Assembly: GCF_006345805.1 (NCBI RefSeq)
Contig: NC_043004.1
Location: 50,654,001-50,718,000 of the forward strand
From: Octopus sinensis
Taxonomy: Eukaryota
Direction of reading: 5' to 3'
DNA length: 64,000 bases
Below, piece by piece: positions 24,544 through 37,361 of the stretch; position 1 is the first letter of the stretch; every line of letters starts with the position of its first letter. Both the position numbers and the translations under genes were made by a program. The notes beneath the pieces were generated by a model. That model searched no databases, had not been told where the DNA came from, and saw only the letters and a list, made by a program, of their open reading frames with translations.

Positions 24544-25702
24544 ATTTATAGTGAGCAAGTGCTTCTGCTGTAAATTAGCTCACTGTCTTTATGAAATCGA
24601 TATAAACTGTACGGGTGCACGGTGTGCCTTACGTCAGGTATAAGCTGTTACGGGTGCCGTACGTCAGACGCCGAAGTGATCACAAAGTAATACAATATGA
24701 ACTCTTTTGCTCAAGAACATATGCATCGTCCGGTCCGGGAATGGAAACCGCGATCTCGCGATCGTGAGTACTACGCCCTAGTCATTAGCCATGCGCCCTT
24801 GTGCTTTTACTCACAGAACCCCGCCCCCACATACATACGTACGTACGTATGTATGTATGTATGTATGTATGTATGTATGTATGTATGCATGTATGTATGT
24901 ATGTATGTATGTATGTATGTATGTATGTATACAGTTAAATGTAAGTACACACGCGTTTGTATATGTAATCACATATGGTCGCAATTCTACTTACAAACAC
25001 CTGTAAATGCCCCTCATGTCCAAATGTAAACATATACACATATATGTATATACGCACACACATTTATACATGTATGTAAGGCTTGTGGCCTAACAGTTAG
25101 AGTGTTTGGCTCACTATCATAAAATAGTGTGTACGATTCCTGAAATGAACGGCTCGTTGTGTCCTTGGGTGAAGCTTTTTCATTTTACGTTGCTCCAATC
25201 TACTCAGATGAAAATTAGTATCAGCTTCGTGCTGCCACAGCTCGATCTCTTCCTCCAGTAGTCACATACCTGATGTTCCGTTGACCCACACTTCCGAAAC
25301 TCGGTAGACAACTATGTCTGCTCACGACTACACATACACCTAAAACACCAAGAGAATAAAAATGGTGTTCAAGACAAGGAAAATGGTGTTTGAACGTGGA
25401 AAGACCTTCGTCTCACGACACGTCCAAACACTGACAGGCATAAATCCCGCCCATTCATTTAAACCTCCTTCTAAAAATTAAATACTGACCACTGTCAATC
25501 GTTACCATCTTCATCTTAACTCCTCCCATTTATACTAATTTATCCATTGTCTCTTATATTGAACAGAACATTATTTAAATCCAAGGTAACACCGTTACAT
25601 TTACGGTTTGAATAAGCCACTTCATGAAACATTGGAGTCACCATCATTAAAATCATTTAAAATATCAGACTGTGCATTGGTAATGAATACTTTATTTACT
25701 TA

Positions 25703-26872
25703 TTAGGTTGTCAAGTATGAAATTTGTAGTAAGGTATATGGTAAACTTTGACAGCTGCTCATTTTGCGCCATTATTATAGATTGGCAATCTTTATTTTTT
25801 GTTAGAAAGCTGACACATCTATTTCTTTATTCTAACTCATTTTGCGCTTTATAAAGTATTTATAAATCGTTTTTTGCCATTTTTGTTTAGAGATGGATAA
25901 GTCGGAAACTCGTACAGTTTTGAAATATGAGTTCTTTCTTGGAAATACAGTATCACAGACAGCTCGGAATATTAATGGAGTATTTCATTCTAATGTTATT
26001 ACACATCAGACAGTATCAAATTGGTTTGCAAAATTTCGTTCTGGTAACTTTGACTTCACAAATGAGTAACGCGGTCGACCAGAAACTAAGGTGGATAATG
26101 ACGAACTGAAAGCCACCGTCAAGTCTGATCCATCTCAAAGTGCCCGTGAATTATCGTAGTTGTTTAGTGTTAGCAAGCAAACAATATAGACACACCTAGT
26201 TCAAATCGGTAAAATGAAAAATTTGGATAAGTGGGTTCCACCAGAACTCAATGAAAATCAGAGAAACAGCAACGTTTGGAAGCCTGCATTATGCGACTTT
26301 CTCATCACAAAAATGAATAATTTTTTAATCGAATTGTAACATGTGATGATAAATAGATCCAATACAACAAGCGTAAAGGTTTAGTATAATGGTTGAACAA
26401 AGACGAGCCACCAAGACACAGTCCAGAAGCAAAATTCATCAAATTCATCAAAGCTGATGGTGTATGTTTGATGGTCTGGCGCAGATGTAATCCATTATGA
26501 TTTCATTAAACTTGGCCCATCAATCACGGCCGAAGTATACTGCAGCTAACTGGACCAAATGATGCAGAAACTTACAAAAAAACAGCATAGATTAGTCAAC
26601 AGATTCACTCCTACTGCAAAACAACGTCAGATCACACATCGCAAAAATGACAATGGCGAGACTACAGGAGTTGGAGTTGGAAGTTCTCCGCCATCCGCCA
26701 TACTCACTGACTTCCACTTCTTTCAGAATTTGGTAGCTTTTTGATAGGTAAAAAATTTAATTCCGACGATGCTATAAAACAGGTTTTCCAAGATTTTGTT
26801 GACTCTAGATTGCCAGGCTTTTACAGTTCCGGACTGAACAAGCTACCGCTGAAATGGGGAAAGTGTGTTGAC
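25703..26872 (+). mobile_element. Mariner transposon, pseudogenised transposase, 3' TIR missing
   Basis: TA|ttaggttg TIR start; from ATG 25893: MDKSETRTVLKYEF, WFAKFRSGNF, DKWVPPEL, RIVTCDDK, LRHPPYS, LNKLPLKWGKCVD; several stops and frameshifts. Confidence 0.9.
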
Positions 26873-28217
26873 TAGATTTCCACATATAACAGATGAAATC
26901 CACCCCCATTTATTCTGAATGATGTCTTTTAATTGTGTTACATTTCGGGTGGTTTTCTCTTCAATCTTCCTTTTCAAAACATCCCACAGATGTTCTATTG
27001 GATTTAAATCAAGTGACACATGGTAGGCCAAGGCAATGTCTTTACCTTTTTATCTGATAAAAACTTAGTCGTCATTTTTGAAGTGTGTTTAGGGTCATTA
27101 TCATGTTGGAACTTGGATGTCTTCCTAGTCCCTTGATGCTTTCTGCAATATGTCACAATAAAGCCTTGAAGCCATTGTTCTCTCGATAAATGCGAGTCCT
27201 CCCACACCAGCAGCACTCATGCATCCCCAAAGCATAACACTTCTGCCACCGTGTTTCACGCTAGGCACAGTGCATTTGTTGCTATCGTCTTCACTTGGTC
27301 GTCACCATACTCGTTTAATACCATCTGACCTAAACAAGTTGATTTTAGTCTCGTCAGAAGAAAGAATTTTATTAAAAAAAAACCTTACCCTTACTTGCAT
27401 AGGTTTCAGCAAAACAAAAAAAAAGAAAGAAAGACAGACGACTTGATTTATACCTGGTGGTGAGGAGAGGCTTCCTACGAGGAATGCCTCCATGAAGACC
27501 ACACTGGTTCAAACTTCGGCGAACTGGTTGAGCAGATACACACTTTCCACTTACAGAAGACACTTCCTGGGCCAAAGATGAAGCGATACGACACCTGTCG
27601 TCCATCACACAACGTTGGATGTGGCGAATATCACGCGCAGTTAAAATAGAAGGACGGCCTGGGCAACGTTTATTGCTGTCCAGTAGCTTTGTACTTTCTG
27701 AATTACTTTGGCAATTGTGTTTACGCTAATATGTATTCGTTTGCTAATTAACTTGTATCCTAAACCATTATTGTGCAAATTAAAAACAATTTTCTTCAAA
27801 TCTTCAGGCATCTGTTTTCCTTTTGGTGCCATTTTAATCACAACGAAGAAATTTTTCACCGCGGTACACAAATCAGAATTCCTGCAGATGCAATAACAAT
27901 GACCGGTGCAAAATTGATTAGAATTGAAGTTATCAGCAATATCTGAATTTAGTAAAAAAAAAAAAAAGTGGATGAAATATTGAATGTAGCAAATTTCCTT
28001 TGGGGTGTACATATCTTTTGTAACGTTTGAAAATTAATATTTCCTTCATATATTCGAAAAGGCTTATTGTTTTGTGTTCCAAATTTGTATAATGTTTGCA
28101 TGTATAATACATTTTATTCAGTATAAATTTCGTTTGATTTCCTTATGTATTATTATTATCAGAGTAATGGCAACTTTACTGTAATTTTTTAGGGTTGTAC
28201 ATACTTGTGAGATACTG
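26867..28217 (-). mobile_element. Tc1-family transposon (IR/DR type), pseudogenised, 3' TIR missing
   Basis: TA|cagtatctcacaagtatgtacaaccc end at 28217 and inner DR at 28002-28019; MAPKGK start (ATG 27832), SDETKINLF, FQHDNDPKHTS, DLNPIEHLW. Confidence 0.92.
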
Positions 28218-28251
<34 letters not shown>

Positions 28252-28252
<1 letters not shown>

Positions 28253-29825
28253 TAGCATTATGACCCATCGTTGCCGGGTCATAGTGCTAGTGCATGTATA
28301 TATGTGTATATATATGTGTACATATTACATGTACATCTATATATATACATCTACACATAAAATACAAAATACAAAGTTATATCTTGATATCGCTAGTTAT
28401 AACAATACTCAAAATATATAACAGACTGGAATTGTAGGCCCGTCTCTTGCAATTTCGATCAATTGTATCTTGTCCTCCCTCTTGTATAGAAGTGTGGCTA
28501 CAATCCAGCCTACCTCAACTTCTGGGGGGACATTTTAAATTTTTATCCGGGACGTCCTACGTCCCAGATATAAAGGTAAAAATAAAATATTTCCACTTTG
28601 CAAGGTTCGAGTCGAGTACTCCCTTGCACGCTCCGTTGACTCGAACCTTGCTTCTATTGTGGCGAATTTACCGCTCTGGTTAGATATCTTTCATAGTAGC
28701 ACCAAGACACTTTTCGATGGTGCTTTCCTCCAGGTGTTCAAATCTTTTTTTTTCTCTACATTGTATACTTTATAGACAATAGTCTTTTCTTTAATTTAAT
28801 TTTTTATTTCGTTTGGTGGTGTTATCCTAGATTCACCGTCTTTGTCGGTGATCAATCCGAAATAGGTTTGTATTTCTTATATTTTAATTTTAATGAGTTC
28901 GTGCCCGCCGACGGCTGCAGCGAAATTCATTTTTGGACTTTCTTCTATCGAAGGCATTCTAACAAAAATGCTTCCCTGTAAACGGTGAAAATATTGTCAA
29001 TTTCCCCAAAACAGGGACACACAATTGCATTTTTAAACAATAACCAAAGCTCCTTCTCCCAAAGGGGGAGGGTTACAGTTTACAATTATTTAACAAATGC
29101 AACACAACAACGTTTCCCTTACGAGGAACCGACAAACGTGATAACAATAGTTAAACAGTAATAATAATAACAACAAACCTTACGGTGAATCAAAAAGCAG
29201 TACACAGTTGAATAAACCAACAGCAGTACTCAGTAGAAGCGGCTGTTCGAGAAAACAGACATTACATACAGCCAAACTTCATATACATACTTAATGCTAG
29301 CTAATTAGCAAATAATCTAATGTAAAAGCCGTGGTAAACGGTATGTGCACAGCTCTATCTGGACTATTCCATTCTGCACACTAATTTTATTTTTAATTTA
29401 TTCCCATTCATGTGAAACCACTTACTCAAGTTCAAGTCATTGATGCAATTTTATACCAATTGCTATTTTTACTTTTGTTATGTTACGATTATATTATACT
29501 TTAGTTTAATTTTAATTATTACTTACCACATATAATTCAATTGTTATTATTATCTCTAATTTTTATTGTTAAAGTGAAAGTATCTGACATAAAATAGAGA
29601 AATGTTTTTGTTTCACTTTTAACAAGTAATACTGAAATAGTGGAGAAGATATGATATTGCTATGGGCTCGCCCCAGGCAAGAAGTTGAACATTTTTTTTG
29701 CTGATGACACTCCCCGGACCCTAAGTAAGGCATGTGTAAAATTTGAATGAAATTGGTCGTGTAGTTCTCAAGTTTTAGGGAAACACACAGACAGACACAC
29801 ATTCTCAGTTTTATATGTATAAAGA
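28252..29825 (-). mobile_element. Probable non-autonomous Helitron with an internal LINE-like fragment
   Basis: 5' a|tctttatacatataaaac at 29825; 3' hairpin and CTAG at 28252; that the two ends belong together is assumed. Confidence 0.55.
28430..29340 (-). mobile_element. Possible LINE 5' UTR plus decayed ORF1 (RRM-like) fragment
   Basis: From ATG 28957: MPSIEESPKMNFAAAVGG, KTIVYKVYNVEK, GKFATIEARFESTERA..LPLYLGRRTSRIKI*NVP; resemblance to ORF1 judged by eye only. Confidence 0.4.
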
Positions 29826-29865
29826 TATATATATGCACACACACACATGTATATTAGGAAGTTAA

Positions 29866-30052
29866 AGGTTATGGCCATTAGTTTCGCACCTATAAAGCGC
29901 TTAGTAGTATAGGTGACTAGTGACACTCAAATGGCCGAATGCGCATAACCTATCTAGAACTGAGGAAAGACATACAGTACATAACAGTGAGCTGGTTTCT
30001 GAACAAAAAATAATTGTCCGACTGGCCGTTGCTCTATGGCTAGCCATAACTT
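29866..30052. mobile_element. MITE with TTAA TSD (Kolobok-like or piggyBac-like)
   Basis: TTAA|aggttatggcca ... tagccataactt|TTAA; internal part resembles about 14465-14545 (-). Confidence 0.6.
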
Positions 30053-30195
30053 TTAACTCTCTCCCAACAAAAAATATTACTGCTATAATGCAGTAATATA
30101 TTTTTTTTTGCGTATTTTGCCGGAACGCTTAGTTACGGGAGGGGCTGCGTGAAAACACCAAACAATGTTGTCAAGCGGTGGTAGTGGTGGTGGTG

Positions 30196-30446
30196 AAAGG
30201 TAAGAAAGTCCAGTTTGCTGGACATTGTTGTAGAGCTGAAAAAGAGGTAATTTCTACTCTTCTCCTCTGGAAGCCATCTACTCGCAATACCAGAGGGCGC
30301 ACACTCCCCTACCCTGATGTAATCTCCAGGGATACAGGCATCCAGCAACAGAACCTCCGTAATGCCATGATGGACCGTGAAGTCTGGCGTAGCATGGTGA
30401 ATTCCATTGTCTCGACCACGGTCGAACAATGATGATGATGATGATG
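30196..30446 (+). mobile_element. RTE-like LINE 3' fragment with (TGA)n tail, present in left arm only
   Basis: KKVQFAGHCCRAEKEVISTLLLWKP..DREVWRSMVNSIVSTTVEQ; second copy at 52378-52745. Confidence 0.8.
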
Positions 30447-31059
30447 GTGTTGGGGGACAAACACAAACAAACACACACGCATACACGCACACACAGACAC
30501 ACGCGTGGCCCTCCATCCATGTGTCTGTCTGTAAAGTTCTGCAAAACATCCGCCACCGGCCTCTTTGATGTTATCGCTATATCTGGTTTTAGGTCTCTTC
30601 CTCTTGTTCATTTGTCATACGCCGCACCTGTTAACAGGAACTCGTCTCGATCTTGTCTTCTAAGTGTATTGACCGGTAAAGATCCATTTTCGTATGATAG
30701 TATTTAACAGCATTTCTTGCTACTTTATCTTGTGAAGGACCCACTCATTATTTCTTTTATTTGTCCCGCTTATTTTGAGAATGCGTCTAAAACACCATCG
30801 TTCAAATGTTTTGATTTTGCCTTTTATCAATTTTCTTTATAATCCAGCATCAGCTCCATAGGTGACTATGCAAAACATTAATGAATTGATGAGTCATTTT
30901 TTTCTTTGTCCGCAAGGAGATGGCCTTATTCTTCCATATACTATTCAGTCATATCATAGCATTCTTGGCTATGCTGAGTCTTCACTTCATTTCACGGGTG
31001 TCATTGTTGTCATTGGTTATAAGATTACCAAAGTACACAAAATTCTATTACGTAATATG

Positions 31060-31300
31060 TCACGTGATCACCTGCCCGACCAGGCTTTCAGATACTGTTA
31101 CACATCGCTGGTCCCAATGCGCTTTTGCAGTGACGCCACCCCGCTAGCTAAACGAGCAGGCCAACATCCTCCCCTGATCGAAATTGAGTCGGAGCAACGT
31201 GAAATGAAGTGTCTTGCTCAAAAACACAACGCGTCGCCTCCTCAGGGAACCGAACTCACGATTTAGCGATCATGAGTGCAACAGCCTAACTTCTAGGCCA
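31060..31300 (-). mobile_element. SINE with family D-type head; head in the spacer, tail duplicated in both arms
   Basis: Reverse complement ggcacgtggcctagaagttaggctg...gagttcggttccc...ttgtgtttttgagcaagacactt. Confidence 0.7.
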
Positions 31301-31639
31301 CGTGCCTTCACACACACATCGTTTATAGTTCACATATCCGAAAAAAGCTCACTCCCAGGATGTTGGCCTGCTCGTTTAGCTAGCGGGGTGGCGTCACTGC
31401 AAAAGCGCATTGGGACCAGCGATGTGTAATAGTATCTGAAAGCCTGGTCGGGTAGGTGATCACGTGAGATTTTACGTAATAGAATTTTGTGTACTTTGGT
31501 ACTCTTATAACCAATGACAACAATGACACCCGTGAAATGAAGTGAAGACTCAGCATAGCCTAGAATGCTATGATATGACTGAATAGTATATGGAAGAATA
31601 AGGCCATCTCCTTGCGGACAAAGAAAAAAATGACTCATC

Positions 31640-32030
31640 AATTCATTAATGTTTTGCATAGTCACCTATGGAGCTGATGCTGGATTATAAAGAAAATTGA
31701 TAAAAGGCAAAATTAAAACATTTGAACAATGGTGTTTTAGACGCATTCTCAAAATAAGCGGGACAAATAAAAGAAATAATGAGTGAGTCCTTCACAAGAT
31801 AAAGTACCAAGAAATGCTGTTAAATACTATCATACGAAAATGGATCTTTACCGGTCAATACACTTAGAAGACAAGATCGAGACGAGTTGCTGTTAACAGG
31901 TGCGGCATATGACAAATGAACAAGAGGAAGAGACCTAAAACCAGATATAGCGATAACATCAAAGAGGCCGGTGGCGGATGTTTTGCAGAATTTTACAGAC
32001 AGACACATGGGTGGAGGGCCACGCGTGTGT
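31640..32030 (+). mobile_element. RTE-like LINE 3' fragment (mirrored at about 30500-30890)
   Basis: KIKTFEQWCFRRILKIS, RKRPKTRYSDNIKE..GWRATR. Confidence 0.7.
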
Positions 32031-32674
32031 CTGTGTGTGCGTGCATGCGTGTGTGTTTGATTGTGTTTGTCCCCCACCCCTACCACCACCACTACCACTA
32101 CCACCGCTTGACAACATTGTTTGGTGTTTTCATGCACCCGCTCCTGTACTAAGCGTTCCGGCAAAAGACACCAACAGAATAGATATCAGGCTTACAAAAA
32201 AGAAAAAAATAATAAGCCTGGGGTCGATTTATTCGATTAAAAATTCCCCAAGGGAGTGCCCCAGCATGGCCGCAGTCTAATGAGTAAAACATGGAAAAAT
32301 ATAAATATATGTATATTAAAAAAACATTTAAAAAATCTCCTGTTTGTGTCCCTTTTGACTATTAATGGTCAGGGAATCATGAAGCAGTACAAACTGGTGA
32401 TTTTGTGTGTGTGTGTGTGTATGTCCGTCCAAATTGCAGGAATGGAGGAGGTAAAATACAGGCTACATATGTTTCCTAACCACCAGAATCTCGGAAGTAA
32501 TAATTAGTCAACGAGGGCTATTCCGAAGATACCTTAGTTAAGTGAAGGTTATATTGAAATCAAGGGAACCCAAGTTAGCTTGCAGGATATTCGTACGGGT
32601 TGCTCGATCCTTACTAGCGTCTTACTTCTGGGTCCTTGGATTTTACATTTACATATCATTGAGTAGCTATGTGG

Positions 32675-32838
32675 AAGGCGCAGGAGTGGCTATGTGGTAA
32701 AAAGCTTACTTCCCAACCACATGTTCCAGGTTCAGTCCCACTGTGTGGTACCTTGGGTAAGTGTCTTCTACTATAGCCTCGGGCCGACCAAATCCTTGTG
32801 CGTAGATTTGATAGACGGAAACTGAAAGAAGCCTGTCG
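32675..32838 (+). mobile_element. SINE family A head; its 3' module lies at 35963-36200
   Basis: aggcgcaggagtggctatgtgg...gaaactgaaagaagcctgtcg breaks exactly where the internal microsatellite normally starts. Confidence 0.85.
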
Positions 32839-35800
32839 ATTGCTTCATCTTGACAAATGATAGTCGTCCCATCAACACACACACACCATCACACAGCACA
32901 ATCCGTTGATGAGCCCTTAGATGACTTTTAAGACCAGCTTCTCACTAGCAGGGTTTAAAACACAAATGACAAATATTATTCAAGTTTCTTCTATATATTT
33001 GCTCTTTGGAATCTGATTCTGAAGGAATGTTTTTTGTGAACTAGCATATGTCTTTTAAGCCCAGATATTGTCTTACAAGTTTTATGACATATGATACAAG
33101 TCATAAGAGGTGGTTGGTGTCCAAGAAAATTACCTATCAGGCATTACGATTTTCATGTGACTTCATATGATTCACATATCCTGCTTTTGACAACAGAACA
33201 CGATCACATATAATGCATATCCAATGTTCACTGTTGATTACAGTTCCAATCGTTCCTTTGCGACAGACCCTTTTAAGTTCAGAGTGCTGAATCATCTTTT
33301 CCTCCCAGGCATTGCAACCAGTCCTAACACCACCTCTCCGCTTGTTCCGATCAAGAACATCATTTTCTCAATCACTCTTGTTCATATCTAGTTTCTTCAG
33401 GTTTTCTTTCACACAGTCTTTATACCTTTTCCTCGACTTATGTTGTGGCCGCTTACCAGAGATGAGCTCACCATAAAAAAGACGCTTTGGTAAATGCTCG
33501 TCTTTCATTCTAATAACAAGTCCAGTCCATCTCATTTTAGCCAAGATAACATTTTGTTCAATTGACCTGCAACGTGGGATGCGCAAAACTTCTGTATCTG
33601 GTATGAAATATTCCCACTTGGCTCCTAAGATATGTCTGAGGCACTTTTGATGAAATCACTCCAGCATTTTTATATGATGCTTGTAAAAAGAAGTGCAGAC
33701 AATACACACGCTTTATAGACGCTGATTTTTGTCTGGAGGGAAATATCTATCCACCCATACTCGCTTTTCGAGTTTTCAAAATGCAACACTTCCCTTCCCT
33801 ATTCGATAGTATATCTCTGCATCAAGACCACCATCTCTTGACAGTGTGCTTCCAAGGTAAACAAAGGTGTCGACGACTTCTAGCCTTGTTCCATTCACAA
33901 AAATGTTTGGTTCAGAATATGTTTGTCCTGGAACGGGAGTAAACGTTACTTTGTTTTTCTCCAAACTAATTATGAGTCCAAAATATACGCATGCAGTGGA
34001 AAATCTGTCCATTAAATGTTGCGTATCCCCCTCTGAGTGTGCCAACAAATCACCATCATCAGCATAAAGTAATTCCCTAACAAGCATTTTGAAAGTCTTT
34101 GCTTTGCGGTTAAACTGGGTCAAATTAAAAATATGACCAGATGTCCGAAATCATATTCTGATTCCCTTGTTGCAATCCTTAAAAGCATACCAAAGCAATG
34201 CATCAAAATAAATAGAGAAAAATGTAGGGGCAAGAATATCTCCCTGCTTGACACCGTTGTCCACCGAAAATTCATGAGACAGCTCACCATTAAGGACTAC
34301 TTGAGCTTTCATGTTTCTGTGTAGTTCCTTTAAAATGTTCACAAAATGTGTTGGACAACCAAGTTTACACAAAAGCATTTCTCTTGAACCTGCCTTACAG
34401 AAAGTGTCATGTCCATTGTTCCTCGCACATATGTTCTTCAGGAATCATATGTAGGCACACATTCTCAACGAGACGATATCCTTGAAAGTATTTTCCCGTA
34501 TGTGCCAGGAGAGTTATACCTCTAGAATTACCACACACTGCTTTCGGGCCCTTACCCTTGTATACAGACATTAGAATGCCACTTATCCATTCTTGTGGCA
34601 CAGAAGATTCATTCCAAACTCGAGTTATCAGGCCACGAATTTCAGATGAAATATCATCCCCACCTGCTTTCAGAATTTCAACTGGAATATCATCCAATCC
34701 AGGAGCTTTACCTGAACTCAGTTTACATAATGACAGATTTACTTTTTCAATGGAAGCTGTTGCAGTATCTCTCTTTGTGGAATGTTGTTTACGATATCAA
34801 TGTTCACTACAGATGGATTGTGGAAAAGATCTGCAAAGTGTTCTCTCCATCTATTCATTATTCCAGGAGGATCTTTAATAAACCTCATTTCTATCTTTCG
34901 ACTTCAAGGGAACATATGATGATGAAGATTGCAGTCCAAAAGCTTGGCTCAATAAACTATAGAAACTTTTAATGTCTTTCCGGTCATAGGTTGCCTGTAC
35001 TTCCTCAGACAAAATTCTCCACCAAGTGTCTCTAAGCCTCCTGAGTTCTTTTTGCAAGTCTGCTTTCTGAGACATGTACAACTTTTCTAGTCGCACTTTG
35101 TTCTTAACGTTTGGCTCAAGAAACTTATCACGAGTGATCTCTTTGTTGCTGAAAGTTCATTTATCATCATATCATTGGAATCAAACCTGTCTCGGTGCTG
35201 TCTCCTCTTCAAACCTAACACCTCTGATCCCATTTTATATACTCCATCCCGGAAAGATTGCCATGAACTTTCAAAATGAATATTGCCGCATCTCTTCTGA
35301 AATAACTTCAACTGTTTTAGTTGCTCTGCATCATTTTTCTTTTGTACTCGTACACCTGCACTACGAATTTTCTTGCGGACCCTGAACTTGAACTTGGCCC
35401 TAACCATTTTGCGATCAGTATCACAGTCAGCACCTCGTAATTCTCTGAGACTGCACAAATCTTGTAAGTCAGCTTTCCGAGTTAATACAAAGTCAATCAT
35501 GATTCAATCATGTGACCTCACTTTGATCTTGGGTGTATCCAGGTAATTTTATGTTTCATCTTATGGTGAATGAAAGTCATCCCAACAACCAGCGCTAGCT
35601 CAGAGCACATTTGTAGTAAATGCAACCCATTGTTGTTCACCTTTCCTATTCCGTAACGCCCAAGTACATTCCAAGCACCATAGTCTCTACCACAGTGCTT
35701 TTCAAACTTTTTGCTGAAGTGGAACCCCAAGGAAACATTCCACTGGCTCGAGGAACCCCTGTGCAATGATTTAATAGTCTCATGCACACACATCTGCATA

Positions 35801-35962
35801 GGAAAATTAAAAATTACTGTCGATTTTAGCAGTTTTGTAACTTCTTGCGGAACCCCTGGACTGTACTGGCGGAACCCTAAGGTTCCACGGAACCCTGGTT
35901 GAAAACCACTGCTCTACCAAAACGTGCATTAAAGTCACCAAGTTCAACCAGCTTCTCATGTG
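32839..35962 (-). mobile_element. RTE-clade LINE (APE C-terminal half, RT, three C2H2 fingers), decayed
   Basis: LGDFNARFGR, IDFVLTRK, GITLLAHTGK, GVKQGDILAPTFF, LLYADD, FVYLGS, RWTGLVIRM..LPKRLFYGEL, then three C-x2-C-x12-H-x3-H motifs. Confidence 0.92.
35693..35911. mobile_element. hAT MITE, 219 bp, inserted in the RTE endonuclease region
   Basis: Same family as 3179-3397 in opposite orientation; perfect 8-bp TSD ctctacca (35685-35692, 35912-35919). Confidence 0.92.
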
Positions 35963-36200
35963 ACCTGACATATATGTATGTATGTATGTCTGTGTTTGTC
36001 CCCCTAACCACCATCGCTTGACAACCGATGTTGGTATGTTTACGTATCTGTAACCAACGGTTCGGCAAAAAGGGACCAATAGAATAAGTACTAGGCTTAC
36101 AAACAACAAGACATGGGGTCGATTTGTTCGACTTAAGGTGGAGCTCAGCATGGCCGCAGTCAAATGACTGAAACAAGTAAAAGAATAAAAGAATAAAAGA
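35963..36200 (+). mobile_element. SINE family A microsatellite and 3' module (distal half of the split SINE)
   Basis: tatgtatgtctgtgtttgtccccc...gcagtcaaatgactgaaacaagtaaaag. Confidence 0.85.
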
Positions 36201-36304
36201 ATATATACATACTAATGGCGGTGCCCCAGCATGGCCACAGCTCGTGAGCTGAAACTAGATAAAATAAAAAAATACATACATACATACATACATACATACA
36301 TACA

Positions 36305-36402
<98 letters not shown>

Positions 36403-36406
36403 AGAT

Positions 36407-37361
36407 TATCAGCCGAAATTGCGAGGATGATCCGGTTCTTGACTGAAGATTAGAGACTTCGAATGAACGTCCGTGTTTTTTGTATCGTCTATTTGAATGT
36501 TTTGCGTTCTTGTCCCATTTTGTATTTTTATATATATATATTATTGCGACGTACGTACACCTTATTCTCTCATATGTATGTAAACATTCCACTAAACTTT
36601 GTACGACTTCTACACACACTTTCTTACTTTGTACTTCACTGTCTCTGTCTTTCTCTTTTCTCGCCTCCTTGATTCTTCGGTCTCCTCTTTCCCCACTCTC
36701 TCACAATTCTCTGCCTTTCTTACTTTGCAATTCACTGACCCTGTCTTTCTTTGTCCCGCCAATCCTTGGCACGCTCTCTTTCTTCTCCCCCTCCTTAATT
36801 ACTTTTTCTCTCTCTTCTCCCCCTCCTTAATACCTTTGTTCCTCTTTTTCTCTCTCTTCTCACTCTCTTTAATTCCTTTGCCCCTATTTTTCTCTCTCTT
36901 CTCTTCTCACGTGACCGCTGGCCAGCTATAGCCTTTCCGCTTCGGACCAGCGGCACGACAACATCACATTCTTCGTCTGCCGTAAGGCATTAGTTTTCAA
37001 ATACGCCGGCTAAGTTCACTCGTCTAAAGTCGAAAGACGCCTGTTGTTTTGTCCTGTTAATATTATTATTATTGCTTTTTGTATTTATATTCGTATTATT
37101 TTTTGTTTTTTGTATTTATATTCGTGTAACATCGTCCGGTTTTTTGTCCTTGTTTCGTATACATTCGATCCTTCTTCCAAGAAACCTAATGCTCGTAGCT
37201 TAGTTTTTCCTTGGGGCTGGCCAGATCGGAGCAATCTCAAGATTAATCAGCCGAAATTGCGAGGATGATCCGGTTCTTGACTGAAGATTAGAGGCTTCGA
37301 ATGACCCGTCCGTGTTTTTTGTATCGTCTATTTGAATGTTTTGCGTTCTTGGCCCATTTTG

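Larger units (their letters stand above)
30115..32166. repeat. Large inverted duplication (arms 30115-31170 and 31357-32166, spacer 186 bp)
   Basis: Mirror-image ORFs (30862+/31665-, 30429+/32164-); left arm carries an extra insertion of about 250 bp. Confidence 0.95.

Noticed and set aside
30862-31665. Apparent pair of paralogous 110-134 aa genes
   Set aside because: By-product of the inverted duplication; runs through SINE sequence; no domain or splice support.
37205-37300. Hammerhead-like ggctg...cagcc-GAAA and CTGAAGA in family H
   Set aside because: No canonical core and GAAA in the required arrangement.
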